From Singulisphaera sp. GP187 (GTDB lineage Bacteria > Planctomycetota > Phycisphaerae > Phycisphaerales > SM1A02), in contig CAMBXO010000014.1 of NCBI GenBank assembly GCA_945871915.1, forward strand, positions 2,124 through 66,123: a stretch of DNA of 64,000 nucleotides, given 5' to 3'. Every line of letters starts with the position of its first letter. Positions within the stretch are counted from its first letter, which is position 1. Below, piece by piece: positions 1 to 9,317 of this stretch. Below the pieces are notes generated by a model. It ran no database searches. It saw only the letters and a list, made by a program, of their open reading frames with translations, and had not been told where the DNA came from. A program made the translations under genes and the position numbers.

Positions 1-439
1 ATCACTTTTGCAGGATGGCACTGGCAAGCACCTGGATTTTGTTCCTCGACTTGAGGAAGCCGAGTCGCTCCTGACTGTTCTTGGGGGGCAACTTCACGCC
101 ATGATGGATCTCTCTGACGGCCTAGCGCAGGATGCGGCCCGCATGGCAACCGCCAGCAACATGCAGGCCGTCATCGTGGCAAACCATGTGCCTTGCAATT
201 CTGGTTGCGATTGGCAGCGGGCAATGTCCGATGGCGAGGATTACGAATTACTCTTCGCCATCGAACCCAACGCACATGTTCCGGCGCACCTTGGGCGAAC
301 CGGCACACCAACCTGTGAAGTCGGTTGGCTGCGTGCCATGCCAACTCCAACGTCGCCACGACTGGTGTGTGTGGTCAAGGGGGTCGAAACAGAATGTGCA
401 AGTGTGAAGCGATTTCACGATGCCACAACTTCCGGTTGA
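1..439 (+). CDS. thiL: thiamine-monophosphate kinase, C-terminal fragment (5' end outside window)
   Basis: Frame is open from the window edge to TGA 437-439. Motifs MDLSDGL and SDGEDYELLF are typical of the ThiL / AIR-synthase-related C-terminal domain. Confidence 0.75.
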   Translation, partial: SLLQDGTGKHLDFVPRLEEAESLLTVLGGQLHAMMDLSDGLAQDAARMATASNMQAVIVANHVPCNSGCDWQRAMSDGEDYELLFAIEPNAHVPAHLGRTGTPTCEVGWLRAMPTPTSPRLVCVVKGVETECASVKRFHDATTSG

Positions 440-469
440 ACCCGGAGCCACATAGAGTCACCGTTAGAC

Positions 470-1093
470 ATGGCAACCTTTTCTCTTACAACACCCAATG
501 CAGAAAGCACCCAACGCGTTGGTCGTGCCTTGGCCGCGGAACTCCTTCCGGGTCAGTGTGTCGCCCTTGCAGGAGAACTGGGTGCTGGCAAGACCTGCTT
601 TGTGCGAGGTATGGCCGCGGGCCTTGGCTGCGATGTGGATTCCGTCAGCAGCCCAACGTACACCCTGATGCAGCGATACCGAGGCACCGCGCTAGACCTT
701 GTGCATCTGGACGCATATCGCCTGCATCACCCCGATGAACTTCGAGATGCAGGGTTCGATCCAACCGATGTCACCTCAGTCAGTGCTGTGGAGTGGCCCC
801 AACGAGCCGCTGAAGCCCTGCCGGTTTCGCAGATTCATGTTCAATTCACCATCACCGGTGAGACTGATCGGCTCATTGAAGTGACCGATGCTCACGGCAC
901 GCTTGCACAGCGCCTCCAAGCAGCACTTGGACCAAGACCGTGCCCGTCGTGCAAGACATCCGTTGAGAGTTTCGCCACGCACTGGCCATTCTGTTCGACT
1001 CGGTGCCGTGAGGTTGATTTGGGAAGGTGGTTCAGCGGCCAGTACCAGATCAGCAGACCACTCCATGAACGCGATTTGGACGAACAGTCGTAA
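470..1093 (+). CDS. tsaE: tRNA t6A37 biosynthesis ATPase TsaE fused to a C-terminal YacG-type zinc ribbon
   Basis: TsaE hallmarks: Walker A GELGAGKT, SPTYTL, HLDAYRL, VEWP. The C-terminal 50 aa read CPSC..x17..CSTRCREVDLGRW and align with E. coli YacG (CPTC...FCSKRCQLIDLGEW). Single uninterrupted frame. Confidence 0.85.
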   Translation: MATFSLTTPNAESTQRVGRALAAELLPGQCVALAGELGAGKTCFVRGMAAGLGCDVDSVSSPTYTLMQRYRGTALDLVHLDAYRLHHPDELRDAGFDPTDVTSVSAVEWPQRAAEALPVSQIHVQFTITGETDRLIEVTDAHGTLAQRLQAALGPRPCPSCKTSVESFATHWPFCSTRCREVDLGRWFSGQYQISRPLHERDLDEQS

Positions 1094-1381
1094 AGCACCC
1101 AACGCAGCGTTTCGGCCTATTCGTAGTCCCGCTTAAACCCCTTCCCGCCTATAATGGGTGTTCTGTTAAATCGCAAGCGGATCGACAGTGAAGAATGGCT
1201 GTTCACCGATTGGCCAGTTCCCCGGCAGTCCTTACCTGTTCGCGGCGATGAATCTCTCCCCTGTCTGGCGGATTCCATTAGGCATCGATGCATTTACGGG
1301 TTATGTTGTGAGACTCCAATACCCCGCGGGCTGTTCTGTGGTGGATGATGTACTGGCTTCAATACAAGGTGGAGAAAACAG

Positions 1382-4300
1382 ATGGCATTCAATTCGATCT
1401 CTCGCTTCCGGTCCACTCGCAGCTTTCTTGCAGTCATTGTGATGACGGCGTTTGGGGGCCTGAGTTTCGCCAATGCAGCCTTGGCTGCCGATGAGCGCCC
1501 GCTTGATAAGCCAGCGGCTTCGCAGTTTCACCTGCTTGCGGGTGAACAGATTGCCAGTCGCCGAATCCAAGACTTGAATCTGGACCAGATCGCGATCGAC
1601 GACGAGTTGATACGACTCAATGACCAGGCGCCTCGCTACGCCATTCCACACGAAGTGCATCTGACCCCCGATACCGACGGTACCTGGGAGGAATTCATCG
1701 ACGATGGTGGCGTGGTGCGAAGCGTGTGGCGGCTCTCGCTGACCTGTGAGAACGCCGTCAGCATGAACCTGGGGTTCAGTGACTTTTGGTTGCCTCGTGG
1801 CGGAACGCTCTTTGTCTACTCGCCGGATATGAGCTCCATCGTTCGGCCCTTTACCGAAACGGACAATGCGGATCATCATCAGTTGTGGACACCTCCGGTT
1901 GCGGGCAACACGATAGTGATTGAACTCTCGGTTCCGAAGGACTCCACTCGCGACGTTCGACTTACGGTTGGTTCCATCAATGCCGGGTACCGACGCTTTA
2001 TGGAGATCGCTGCCATCGTGGATGCGAAGTCCGGCTCATGCAATGTGGACACCGTCTGCAGTCAGGGTGATCTATGGCGAAATGAAATCCCTTCGGTTGC
2101 CGTCATCAGCACCGGCGGATCAACCTTTTGCACCGGCTCCATGCTGAACAATGTGCGTCAGAACCAGACCCCCTACTTTTTGACGGCGTACCACTGCAGC
2201 GTCACCAGCAGTAACGCCGCCTCATTGGTCTGCTTTTGGAACTACGAGAACAGCACCTGCCGAACCCCTGGTAGCACCGCAAGTGGCTCGGCGGGCAACG
2301 GTCAATTGACGCAGTTCAATACCGGCGCCACATTCCGAGCGGCCTATTCCGCAAGCGACTTCACACTTGTTCAGTTGTCGGCGGCACCCAATCCAGCATG
2401 GAAGGTTTCGTTTGCTGGGTTTGATGCACGGGCCGTTGAGACCACTTCCAACATTGCGATTCACCACCCGAATACCGATGAGAAGCGCATTAGCTTCGAC
2501 AACAACGCGTCAACCACCACCAGTTACAACAGCTCAACCTCCCCCGGCGATGGCACACACCTTCGAATCGGGGCATGGGAATTAGGCACCACCGAACCCG
2601 GCTCATCAGGATCACCGGTGTTCAATCAGAATCATCAGGTGGTCGGTCAATTGCACGGCGGCTCGGCTTCGTGCACCAGTATTACCAATGACTTTTATGG
2701 TCGCCTGTCAACTTCGTGGCTTGGCGGTGGAACTGCTGCCACACAATTGAAGGCATGGCTTGACCCGGACAACACTGGCACAACTGTGGTCAACACTCTG
2801 ACCACCGCTGGACTCTCCGTTTCTCCTGCAAGTCCGGTCACCCACCTTGGCGTTGCCGGCGGACCCTTCAGCAACCTGCCCTATGCCTACACGGTGAGCA
2901 ATTCCTCTAGCAGCGTTGTGAATTACCGAGTCAACCTGACCAACAACATTGGACTGTTGATTAACGGAGGCACTGCGGCGGTCACCGGATCTCTTGCAGC
3001 AACCAGTGGAACTGCCACGGTAACGGTGAGTGCAGGTGCTGCGCTGGCAAGCCTGGCCGCTGGCGTGTACACCGAGGACATTGTCTTTACCGATCTTGGA
3101 ACAAGTGTTGCGCGCACAATCCGGCACACCATTGAAGTGGGTCAGACCGGATTCACGGTCACGCCAGCGACTGGACTGTCGACGGGTGGACCGATCGGCG
3201 GCCCGTTTACGACAACCGCGGTGTACACCATTTCAAGCACCAACCCCTCGCCTGTTTCAGTCACCGTTTCTGGAAACGCTGCGTGGATTGTGGTTGATGG
3301 CACAGCGTCGCAGACCTTTACGCTGACAGGTGTCGGGGCGTCTCGAAGTGTGTCTGTTGGAATCGGAAGCGCTGCCAACACCCTTGCCGGCGGAATCTAC
3401 TCAGGACTTGTCTCGATTGTGAACAACACTGGTGGAACCGGCGGAACGACTCGCAATGTTGCCCTTGATGTGGGTCGACAGGCGTATGCGGCCACCGATG
3501 TTCCGCTAACGATCAACGACAACAGCACGGCGTACAGCTTTATCACCGTGGCCGATGACTTCTGCATTGCCGATGTGGATGTTGCGGTGAATGCCACGCA
3601 CACCTATATCGGAGACCTTCTCATTGAATTGACGGCCCCTTCCGGCACAATTGTGGTGCTGCACAACAACTCCGGCGGCAACGCCGACAACATCGTGGCG
3701 ACCTATGACGATGACGGTGCCGGTACGGTGCCGGCATCGGCCTTGAGCGCCTTGGACAATCAGTCCGCGGCAGGTGTCTGGCGGCTTCGCGTGAGCGATA
3801 CCGCAACAACGGATACTGGAACGCTCAATAGTTGGTCCTTGCGAATGGGCATGACCGCTGGCAATTGTCCGACACCAGAGATCATCTACTCCGAACCTTT
3901 GAACACCAATCCAGGGTGGAGCCTTCAGGGTCAGTGGGCGTTTGGCGTGCCGACTGGTGGCGGCGGAAATACTGGCTACAAAGACCCAACGTCTGGACAC
4001 ACCGGAAGCAAAGTCTACGGGTACAACCTCGCCGGCGATTACGCCCACAGCATGCCTGCGTACAACTTGACGTCGACTGCCTTTGATTGCACCGGCCTAA
4101 CAGGAACGCGTGTTATGTTTTGGAGATGGCTTGGTGTCGAATCGAGTACCTATGACCATGCAATCTTTAGTGTGAGCGACAACGGCACCACATGGACAAC
4201 GGTGTGGCAAAACGCAGCCACCTTGCGTGACACGGCGTGGACATCTGTTTCCTATGACATTTCCGCCGTGGCCGACAACAAGCCGACGGTGTATTTCCGC

Positions 4301-4558
4301 TGGACCATGGGCACAACGGACTCCTCCGTTGCGTATTGTGGTTGGAATATTGATGACCTTGAAATCTGGGCGATCGCGCCGGAGGTTGCGTGCTTTGGAG
4401 ACCTCGACGGCGATCAGGTGGTCGGATTTGGAGATGTGAGTGTCATGCTGCTCTCGTTTGGAGAGTGCCCCGGATGCACCGAAGATGTCGATGGCGATGG
4501 AGCGGTTACCAGCGCCGATCTGGCACTGGTGCTTCTCTCGTTTGGTGAGTGCCCCTAA
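1382..4558 (+). CDS. secreted multidomain S1 (lysyl-endopeptidase-like) serine protease with Ig/BACON-like repeats, proprotein-convertase P-domain and dockerin-like C-terminus
   Basis: Signal peptide MAFNS...ANAALA. Catalytic motifs TAYHC (His) and GSSGSPVF (Ser). Two tandem Ig-like modules of about 110 aa. P-domain-like segment DVDVAVNATHTYIGDLLIELTAPSG...AGVWRLRVSD...GTLNSWSL. Paired Ca-binding dockerin-like repeats DLDGDQVVGFGDV / DVDGDGAVTSADLALVLL. AAGGTGGAG lies 6 nt upstream of the ATG. Confidence 0.85.
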   Translation: MAFNSISRFRSTRSFLAVIVMTAFGGLSFANAALAADERPLDKPAASQFHLLAGEQIASRRIQDLNLDQIAIDDELIRLNDQAPRYAIPHEVHLTPDTDGTWEEFIDDGGVVRSVWRLSLTCENAVSMNLGFSDFWLPRGGTLFVYSPDMSSIVRPFTETDNADHHQLWTPPVAGNTIVIELSVPKDSTRDVRLTVGSINAGYRRFMEIAAIVDAKSGSCNVDTVCSQGDLWRNEIPSVAVISTGGSTFCTGSMLNNVRQNQTPYFLTAYHCSVTSSNAASLVCFWNYENSTCRTPGSTASGSAGNGQLTQFNTGATFRAAYSASDFTLVQLSAAPNPAWKVSFAGFDARAVETTSNIAIHHPNTDEKRISFDNNASTTTSYNSSTSPGDGTHLRIGAWELGTTEPGSSGSPVFNQNHQVVGQLHGGSASCTSITNDFYGRLSTSWLGGGTAATQLKAWLDPDNTGTTVVNTLTTAGLSVSPASPVTHLGVAGGPFSNLPYAYTVSNSSSSVVNYRVNLTNNIGLLINGGTAAVTGSLAATSGTATVTVSAGAALASLAAGVYTEDIVFTDLGTSVARTIRHTIEVGQTGFTVTPATGLSTGGPIGGPFTTTAVYTISSTNPSPVSVTVSGNAAWIVVDGTASQTFTLTGVGASRSVSVGIGSAANTLAGGIYSGLVSIVNNTGGTGGTTRNVALDVGRQAYAATDVPLTINDNSTAYSFITVADDFCIADVDVAVNATHTYIGDLLIELTAPSGTIVVLHNNSGGNADNIVATYDDDGAGTVPASALSALDNQSAAGVWRLRVSDTATTDTGTLNSWSLRMGMTAGNCPTPEIIYSEPLNTNPGWSLQGQWAFGVPTGGGGNTGYKDPTSGHTGSKVYGYNLAGDYAHSMPAYNLTSTAFDCTGLTGTRVMFWRWLGVESSTYDHAIFSVSDNGTTWTTVWQNAATLRDTAWTSVSYDISAVADNKPTVYFRWTMGTTDSSVAYCGWNIDDLEIWAIAPEVACFGDLDGDQVVGFGDVSVMLLSFGECPGCTEDVDGDGAVTSADLALVLLSFGECP

Positions 4559-5841
4559 CGGTCGCAGCTGGCAATCGACGGCGTACTGACTTGATGCGCC
4601 AGTGTGACTCGCTCGCCAAGAGCGAGCCCAAATGTTTCGTGCACCAGACGAAGCGCCACTTCGCCATGTTCCTTTGGAACCAGACAGCTGATTCGAATTT
4701 CGCTGGTGGTGATATTGCGAATGGGAATACCTGCGTCACCCAGAACCTGAAACATGCGCCCTGCCACACCCGCGTGACTTCGCATGCCAGTTCCCACGGC
4801 GCTGACTTTGGCTAATCCAACTTCAAGGTCGATGCGGCCTGAGCCAATTTGTTTCAGCACCTCGCTCACGGCAACTTTCACTTCTGGAAGATCTTGATGC
4901 CCCACCGTGAATGCAAGGTCTACTCCGCCGGGACTCTCGGTTTGAATAATGTCGTCCACAATCAATCCGGCAGCAGCAATGGCTGAAAACACTTTGCCCT
5001 GAATGCCGGCTGTGCGAGGCAAGCCTTGCAGATGCACGCGACCAAGATCGGGCTTGAGGGCACATCCAATAACGGCGATCGATTCCATGTGCGGAGTCTC
5101 CAGTTGAATCATGGTGCCAGGCTCAGGCCTCTGGCTATGGCGGACATGAATGGGAACACCATACCTTTGACCGAAGATCACTGCTCGCGTGTGCATGACA
5201 TCAGCCCCCACCGCAGCAAGCTCCAACATTTCGTCGTAGGTGATGGTGCCGAGTTTGGGGGCATTGGGCACCAGCCGCGGGTCGGCAGTGTGCACACCGT
5301 CCACATCGGTATAAATCTCGCAGCAGCCGCCCAGTTTCTGCACTTGGAGCGCGGCAGCGATGGCCACGGCGGTTGTGTCGCTGCCGCCTCGGCCGAGTGT
5401 GGTGAGATCGCCGCTGTCAGAGACGCCTTGAAAGCCGGTGATGACTGGTGTCACGCCCGAATCGAGCAATTCATTCAGCGTGCGAGTGTCGACACCTGTG
5501 AGTCGTGCCCTGCCGAACGCCGCATCGGTCTGCATGCGACACTGAAACGCGTTCAAACTGCGGGCAGCAAGCCCCTGATCCTCTAACGCCATGGCGGTCA
5601 AGGCCGCGCTCACCGCCTCACCGGTGCTCATCAGCGCATCGAGTTCACGACGACTTGGGTTTCGTGCAACCGTTCCCGCCAATTCAATAAGGGAATCTGT
5701 CGCATGCCCCATGGCACTCACCACCACGGCAATCCGGTGTCCCTCAGAACGAGCCTCAGCAACACGCCGTGCGGCATTTCGAATGCGGTCCGGGTCAGCC
5801 ACTGAAGTGCCACCGAACTTCATCACGCGTGTGGCCATCAC
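4555..5841 (-). CDS. lysC: aspartate kinase (monofunctional, ACT-domain type)
   Basis: N-terminus VMKFGGTSVADPDRI, then GRGGSDTTA and the C-terminal ACT region. The start (GTG 5841 or ATG 5838) overlaps or abuts the typA stop. Confidence 0.93.
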   Translation of the reverse strand: MMATRVMKFGGTSVADPDRIRNAARRVAEARSEGHRIAVVVSAMGHATDSLIELAGTVARNPSRRELDALMSTGEAVSAALTAMALEDQGLAARSLNAFQCRMQTDAAFGRARLTGVDTRTLNELLDSGVTPVITGFQGVSDSGDLTTLGRGGSDTTAVAIAAALQVQKLGGCCEIYTDVDGVHTADPRLVPNAPKLGTITYDEMLELAAVGADVMHTRAVIFGQRYGVPIHVRHSQRPEPGTMIQLETPHMESIAVIGCALKPDLGRVHLQGLPRTAGIQGKVFSAIAAAGLIVDDIIQTESPGGVDLAFTVGHQDLPEVKVAVSEVLKQIGSGRIDLEVGLAKVSAVGTGMRSHAGVAGRMFQVLGDAGIPIRNITTSEIRISCLVPKEHGEVALRLVHETFGLALGERVTLAHQVSTPSIASCDR

Positions 5842-7709
5842 TCCTCCTGTGTTACGGCTTCCGCCCGACTTCGTTCCGTTCGTTCCTGTCGGCGACGCTC
5901 GGCTTCTTTGAGCACTTTCTTTCGCATGCGAACGGAAGTCGGTGTGATCTCGACCAATTCGTCGTCCTCAATGTACTCCAGCGCAGCCTCAAGACTCAAG
6001 ATGCGGGGTTGCTTCAGCACAACGGTTGCGTCCTTGCTGGAAGCGCGAACATTGGAGAATGGCTTCACGCGAATTGCGTTTACCACCAAGTCATTCTCGC
6101 GGCTGTTCTCCCCTACCAACATGCCTTCGTAACAGACATCGCCGGGCTTCACAAACATCACCGCCCGTTCGCTGAGAGTTTCCAGTGCGTACGAAGTTGC
6201 TGGACCGGGGCCACCCTCATTGGCCACCATCACGCCGTTGGCGCGGGGCTTGATGACATTAGACGATACCGGCTTCCACGCTGAAAACGCATGGTGCATT
6301 ACGGCCTCGCCACCAGTGGCATTGAGAAGTCGGCTTCGGAGCCCAATCAAACCTCGTGCGGGAATGTCCGCCTCAATATGCATGCGGCCATTGCGAGGAT
6401 CCACCTTCGTAATTTCTCCGCCGCGAGAACCAAGCAATTCAAGGGCCGCACCCATTCCGCTATCGGCCACATCCAGCGTAAGGCGTTCCCATGGTTCACA
6501 GGTCTGTCCATCGTGTTCCCGTTCGATCACTTCCGGCTTTCCGACCGTTAACTCAAAGCCCTCACGCCGCATTGTTTCCAGCAACACTCCAAGGTGAAGC
6601 AGCCCTCGACCACTCACTTGGAATTCATCTGCCGTTTCGCCAGGAGCAACCTTAAGAGCCACATTGGAACGAAGCTCAAGATCCAATCGCTCACCAATCT
6701 GCCGACTGGTGACAAACTTGCCCTCGCGACCACCCAACGGACCGTCATTGATGCTGAACACCATGTGCAACGTGGGTTCATCCACATGCACGCGAGGAAG
6801 GGCATCAGGATGTTCCGGGTCGACCACGGTGTCACCGATGGAGACATCGACAAGGCCCTCCACAGCGCACAAGTCCCCCGCCAGAACCTCATCCACTTCG
6901 ACTCGACCAAGACCGAAGAACTTATTGACCTTGGTAATGCGCCCGCGATCAACTTTGCCATTGCTGCGACAGAGACCGACGGACATACCCGGCTTCAGGA
7001 CACCCCGCATCACTCGACCGATTCCAATGCGACCCACATATCCGTTGTAATCCAAGTTGGTCACCAAGAATTGCATGGGGCCCTTTGCGTCATTCGTCGG
7101 TGCGGGAACGCGCTCGATGATCTCCAGAAACAATTCCTTCACTCCGTTTGTGCGATCGTTGATGTCCCGACTGGCCCACCCATCTCGACCGCTGGCCCAC
7201 ACCACGGGGAAATCTAGTGCCAACTCATCGGCCCCAAGGTCCACTAGCAAATCAAAGACTTCGTTCAGCACGGCTTCCGCGCGGGAATCCGGCCGATCGC
7301 ATTTGTTCACCACCACAATTGGACGCAATCCAATTTCCAGTGCTTTTTGCAAAACAAATCGAGTCTGCGGCATCGGGCCTTCCAGTGCATCGACCAGAAG
7401 CAGACATCCATCGGCCATTCGCAACACACGCTCCACTTCGCCACCAAAGTCAGCGTGACCCGGCGTATCAATGATGTTGACTTGCACCACCAGTCCCGCA
7501 CGAGGGCCATCTGGAACCTGATAGGTGACCGCGCAATTCTTGGCCAGAATGGTGATCCCTCGCTCGCGTTCGAGCGGATTGGAATCCAGAACGCATTCGG
7601 TCACCGCTTCATTGGCACGGAATGTCCCGCTTTGCTGAAGCATGGCATCCACCAGCGTGGTCTTGCCGTGGTCAACATGCGCAATGATGGCAACATTTCT
7701 GAGTTCCAT
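5838..7709 (-). CDS. typA: translational GTPase TypA/BipA
   Basis: NVAIIAHVDHGKTTLVDAML, DTPGHADFGGEVER and NKCD G-motifs. Full-length EF-G-like architecture. Confidence 0.95.
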   Translation of the reverse strand: MELRNVAIIAHVDHGKTTLVDAMLQQSGTFRANEAVTECVLDSNPLERERGITILAKNCAVTYQVPDGPRAGLVVQVNIIDTPGHADFGGEVERVLRMADGCLLLVDALEGPMPQTRFVLQKALEIGLRPIVVVNKCDRPDSRAEAVLNEVFDLLVDLGADELALDFPVVWASGRDGWASRDINDRTNGVKELFLEIIERVPAPTNDAKGPMQFLVTNLDYNGYVGRIGIGRVMRGVLKPGMSVGLCRSNGKVDRGRITKVNKFFGLGRVEVDEVLAGDLCAVEGLVDVSIGDTVVDPEHPDALPRVHVDEPTLHMVFSINDGPLGGREGKFVTSRQIGERLDLELRSNVALKVAPGETADEFQVSGRGLLHLGVLLETMRREGFELTVGKPEVIEREHDGQTCEPWERLTLDVADSGMGAALELLGSRGGEITKVDPRNGRMHIEADIPARGLIGLRSRLLNATGGEAVMHHAFSAWKPVSSNVIKPRANGVMVANEGGPGPATSYALETLSERAVMFVKPGDVCYEGMLVGENSRENDLVVNAIRVKPFSNVRASSKDATVVLKQPRILSLEAALEYIEDDELVEITPTSVRMRKKVLKEAERRRQERTERSRAEAVTQEE

Positions 7710-7766
7710 AACGAGCCCCGCAGTCTAGCGGGGTATTCAATCGAAACCGCATCCAATTAAAACAAT

Positions 7767-9317
7767 TTAGGCCAGTCCGTACAAAGGAAGGAGTTTCCCT
7801 TCAAGATGACGCATGAGTGGGTCAGCCGACAACGGCTGCCCAGTGACCTTTCGGCACAGGTCATCCAGTCGGAAACGCCGCCCCTCTGCATGCACATGTG
7901 TTCGAAGCCACTTCAGAAGCGGTTGGAACTCACCTTTGGAGAACCCCTCTTCCAATCCCGGCAGATCGGCCCGCGCCTTCTCAAAGAGTTGCGCCGCCAA
8001 GAGCGTGCCAAGCGTGTAGGTGGGGAAATACCCGATGGCGCCCATGCTCCAGTGCACATCCTGCAGGCAGCCTCGGCGGTCATCAGGCACCACCAGTCCT
8101 AGATATTCCTTATACATGCGATTCCAAACGCCCGGCAGATCCGCAACTTTCAAGTCGCCCTTGATGAGCGACCGTTCCAATTGGAATCGAATCATTACAT
8201 GCATGTTGTAGGTGCCTTCGTCAGCCTCGACCCGAATCAATCCAGGTTCCACAACATTGGCACCATCCACAAGGTCTTGCAGCGAGAAGCGGTCGCACGC
8301 GTCGCCAAAGAAGGCTGGCAATTGCCGTTGGCACCACGCCCAAAACGGCTTGCTTCGACCAACCTGATTTTCCCATAGGCGGCTCTGGCTCTCATGCACG
8401 GACAAACCCGCCGCTTCACCCATAGGGAGTCCGATGCGATTGGCGTCGAGCCCCTGTTCGTACAAACCATGGCCCGTTTCGTGCATCGTGCTACCAAGGG
8501 CATCCAGCACGCAGGTCTCAAGGTAACGCGTGGTCATGCGCACATCGCTGCAATGGCTGCCACCACAGAATGGATGGGTGCTTCGATCGAGTCGCCCACG
8601 AGAGAAATCGAACCCAACGCTCTTAGAAACAAAGCGAACAAATCGTTCTTGGTCGGCGATATTCAATGGGTGCTCATTGAATGCATTGCTGGGTTTGCGT
8701 TTTCCCCCCTGCAGGCGGTCCAACAGTCCTTGCAATCGCTTGCGAAGCGGATCAAACACCCGCTGCACTTGGGAGGCTTGCAATCCGGGCTCGTAACTAT
8801 CGGCAAGCGCATCCCACCCTTCACCATCGCTTGGCCAACCCAAGCACTCTGCCTTGCGTTGATTCAATGCCACCGTTTTTTCGAGCCACGGCTGAAATCG
8901 CTTGAAATCGCTTGCTTTGCGAGCCGCAGCCCACTCATGCATGGCGGTGCTGGAAAGTTCTGCAAGTTCACTCACCAGACTCTCCGGCAACTTGGTGGCC
9001 TTTTGCCAATCCCGCTCAATTTCACGAACATTCACTCGGTCTGGGTGCGTTTCCTCAAGCGCCGCCACCTCCGTTTGTGCCGCCGCAATCAGGTCGCCCA
9101 TCTCTGCACAGGTCAGTGCCTGATGAGCCAAGCGTGCCAAGTGAGCCAGTTGCGATGCTCGCCATGCAACGCCGCCTTCGGGCATCATGGTTTCTTGATC
9201 CCATCCCAGAACGCTCGCACTGCTTTCGATCAACTTCACATTCCGCACATGCGCGGTCAGTGTGTGAACAGCCTTCCCTGTTGATGATGGTCGAACCGCT
9301 GGCCGAACCACGCTCAC
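7767..9317 (-). CDS. M32 carboxypeptidase (carboxypeptidase Taq family)
   Basis: LGWDQETMMP, HPFCGG and HETGHGLYEQG (HExxH) motifs. Start re-picked to GTG 9317, which forms a GTGA overlap with the upstream gene's stop. The ORF-track start at 9458 would overlap that gene by 145 nt. Confidence 0.88.
   Translation of the reverse strand: MSVVRPAVRPSSTGKAVHTLTAHVRNVKLIESSASVLGWDQETMMPEGGVAWRASQLAHLARLAHQALTCAEMGDLIAAAQTEVAALEETHPDRVNVREIERDWQKATKLPESLVSELAELSSTAMHEWAAARKASDFKRFQPWLEKTVALNQRKAECLGWPSDGEGWDALADSYEPGLQASQVQRVFDPLRKRLQGLLDRLQGGKRKPSNAFNEHPLNIADQERFVRFVSKSVGFDFSRGRLDRSTHPFCGGSHCSDVRMTTRYLETCVLDALGSTMHETGHGLYEQGLDANRIGLPMGEAAGLSVHESQSRLWENQVGRSKPFWAWCQRQLPAFFGDACDRFSLQDLVDGANVVEPGLIRVEADEGTYNMHVMIRFQLERSLIKGDLKVADLPGVWNRMYKEYLGLVVPDDRRGCLQDVHWSMGAIGYFPTYTLGTLLAAQLFEKARADLPGLEEGFSKGEFQPLLKWLRTHVHAEGRRFRLDDLCRKVTGQPLSADPLMRHLEGKLLPLYGLA

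Noticed and set aside
1150-1155. Perfect TATAAT hexamer in the 288-bp spacer upstream of the protease gene
   Set aside because: There is no acceptable -35 element at 16-19 bp spacing and no TG extension, so a single hexamer match is not enough to call a promoter.
8394-9284. 296-aa plus-strand ORF. Comparable long antisense ORFs occur at 10253-11140, 41997-42899, 46278-47177, 52396-53298 and 56272-57150.
   Set aside because: Each is embedded antisense in a gene with strong homology on the opposite strand, so they are treated as GC-driven shadow ORFs.
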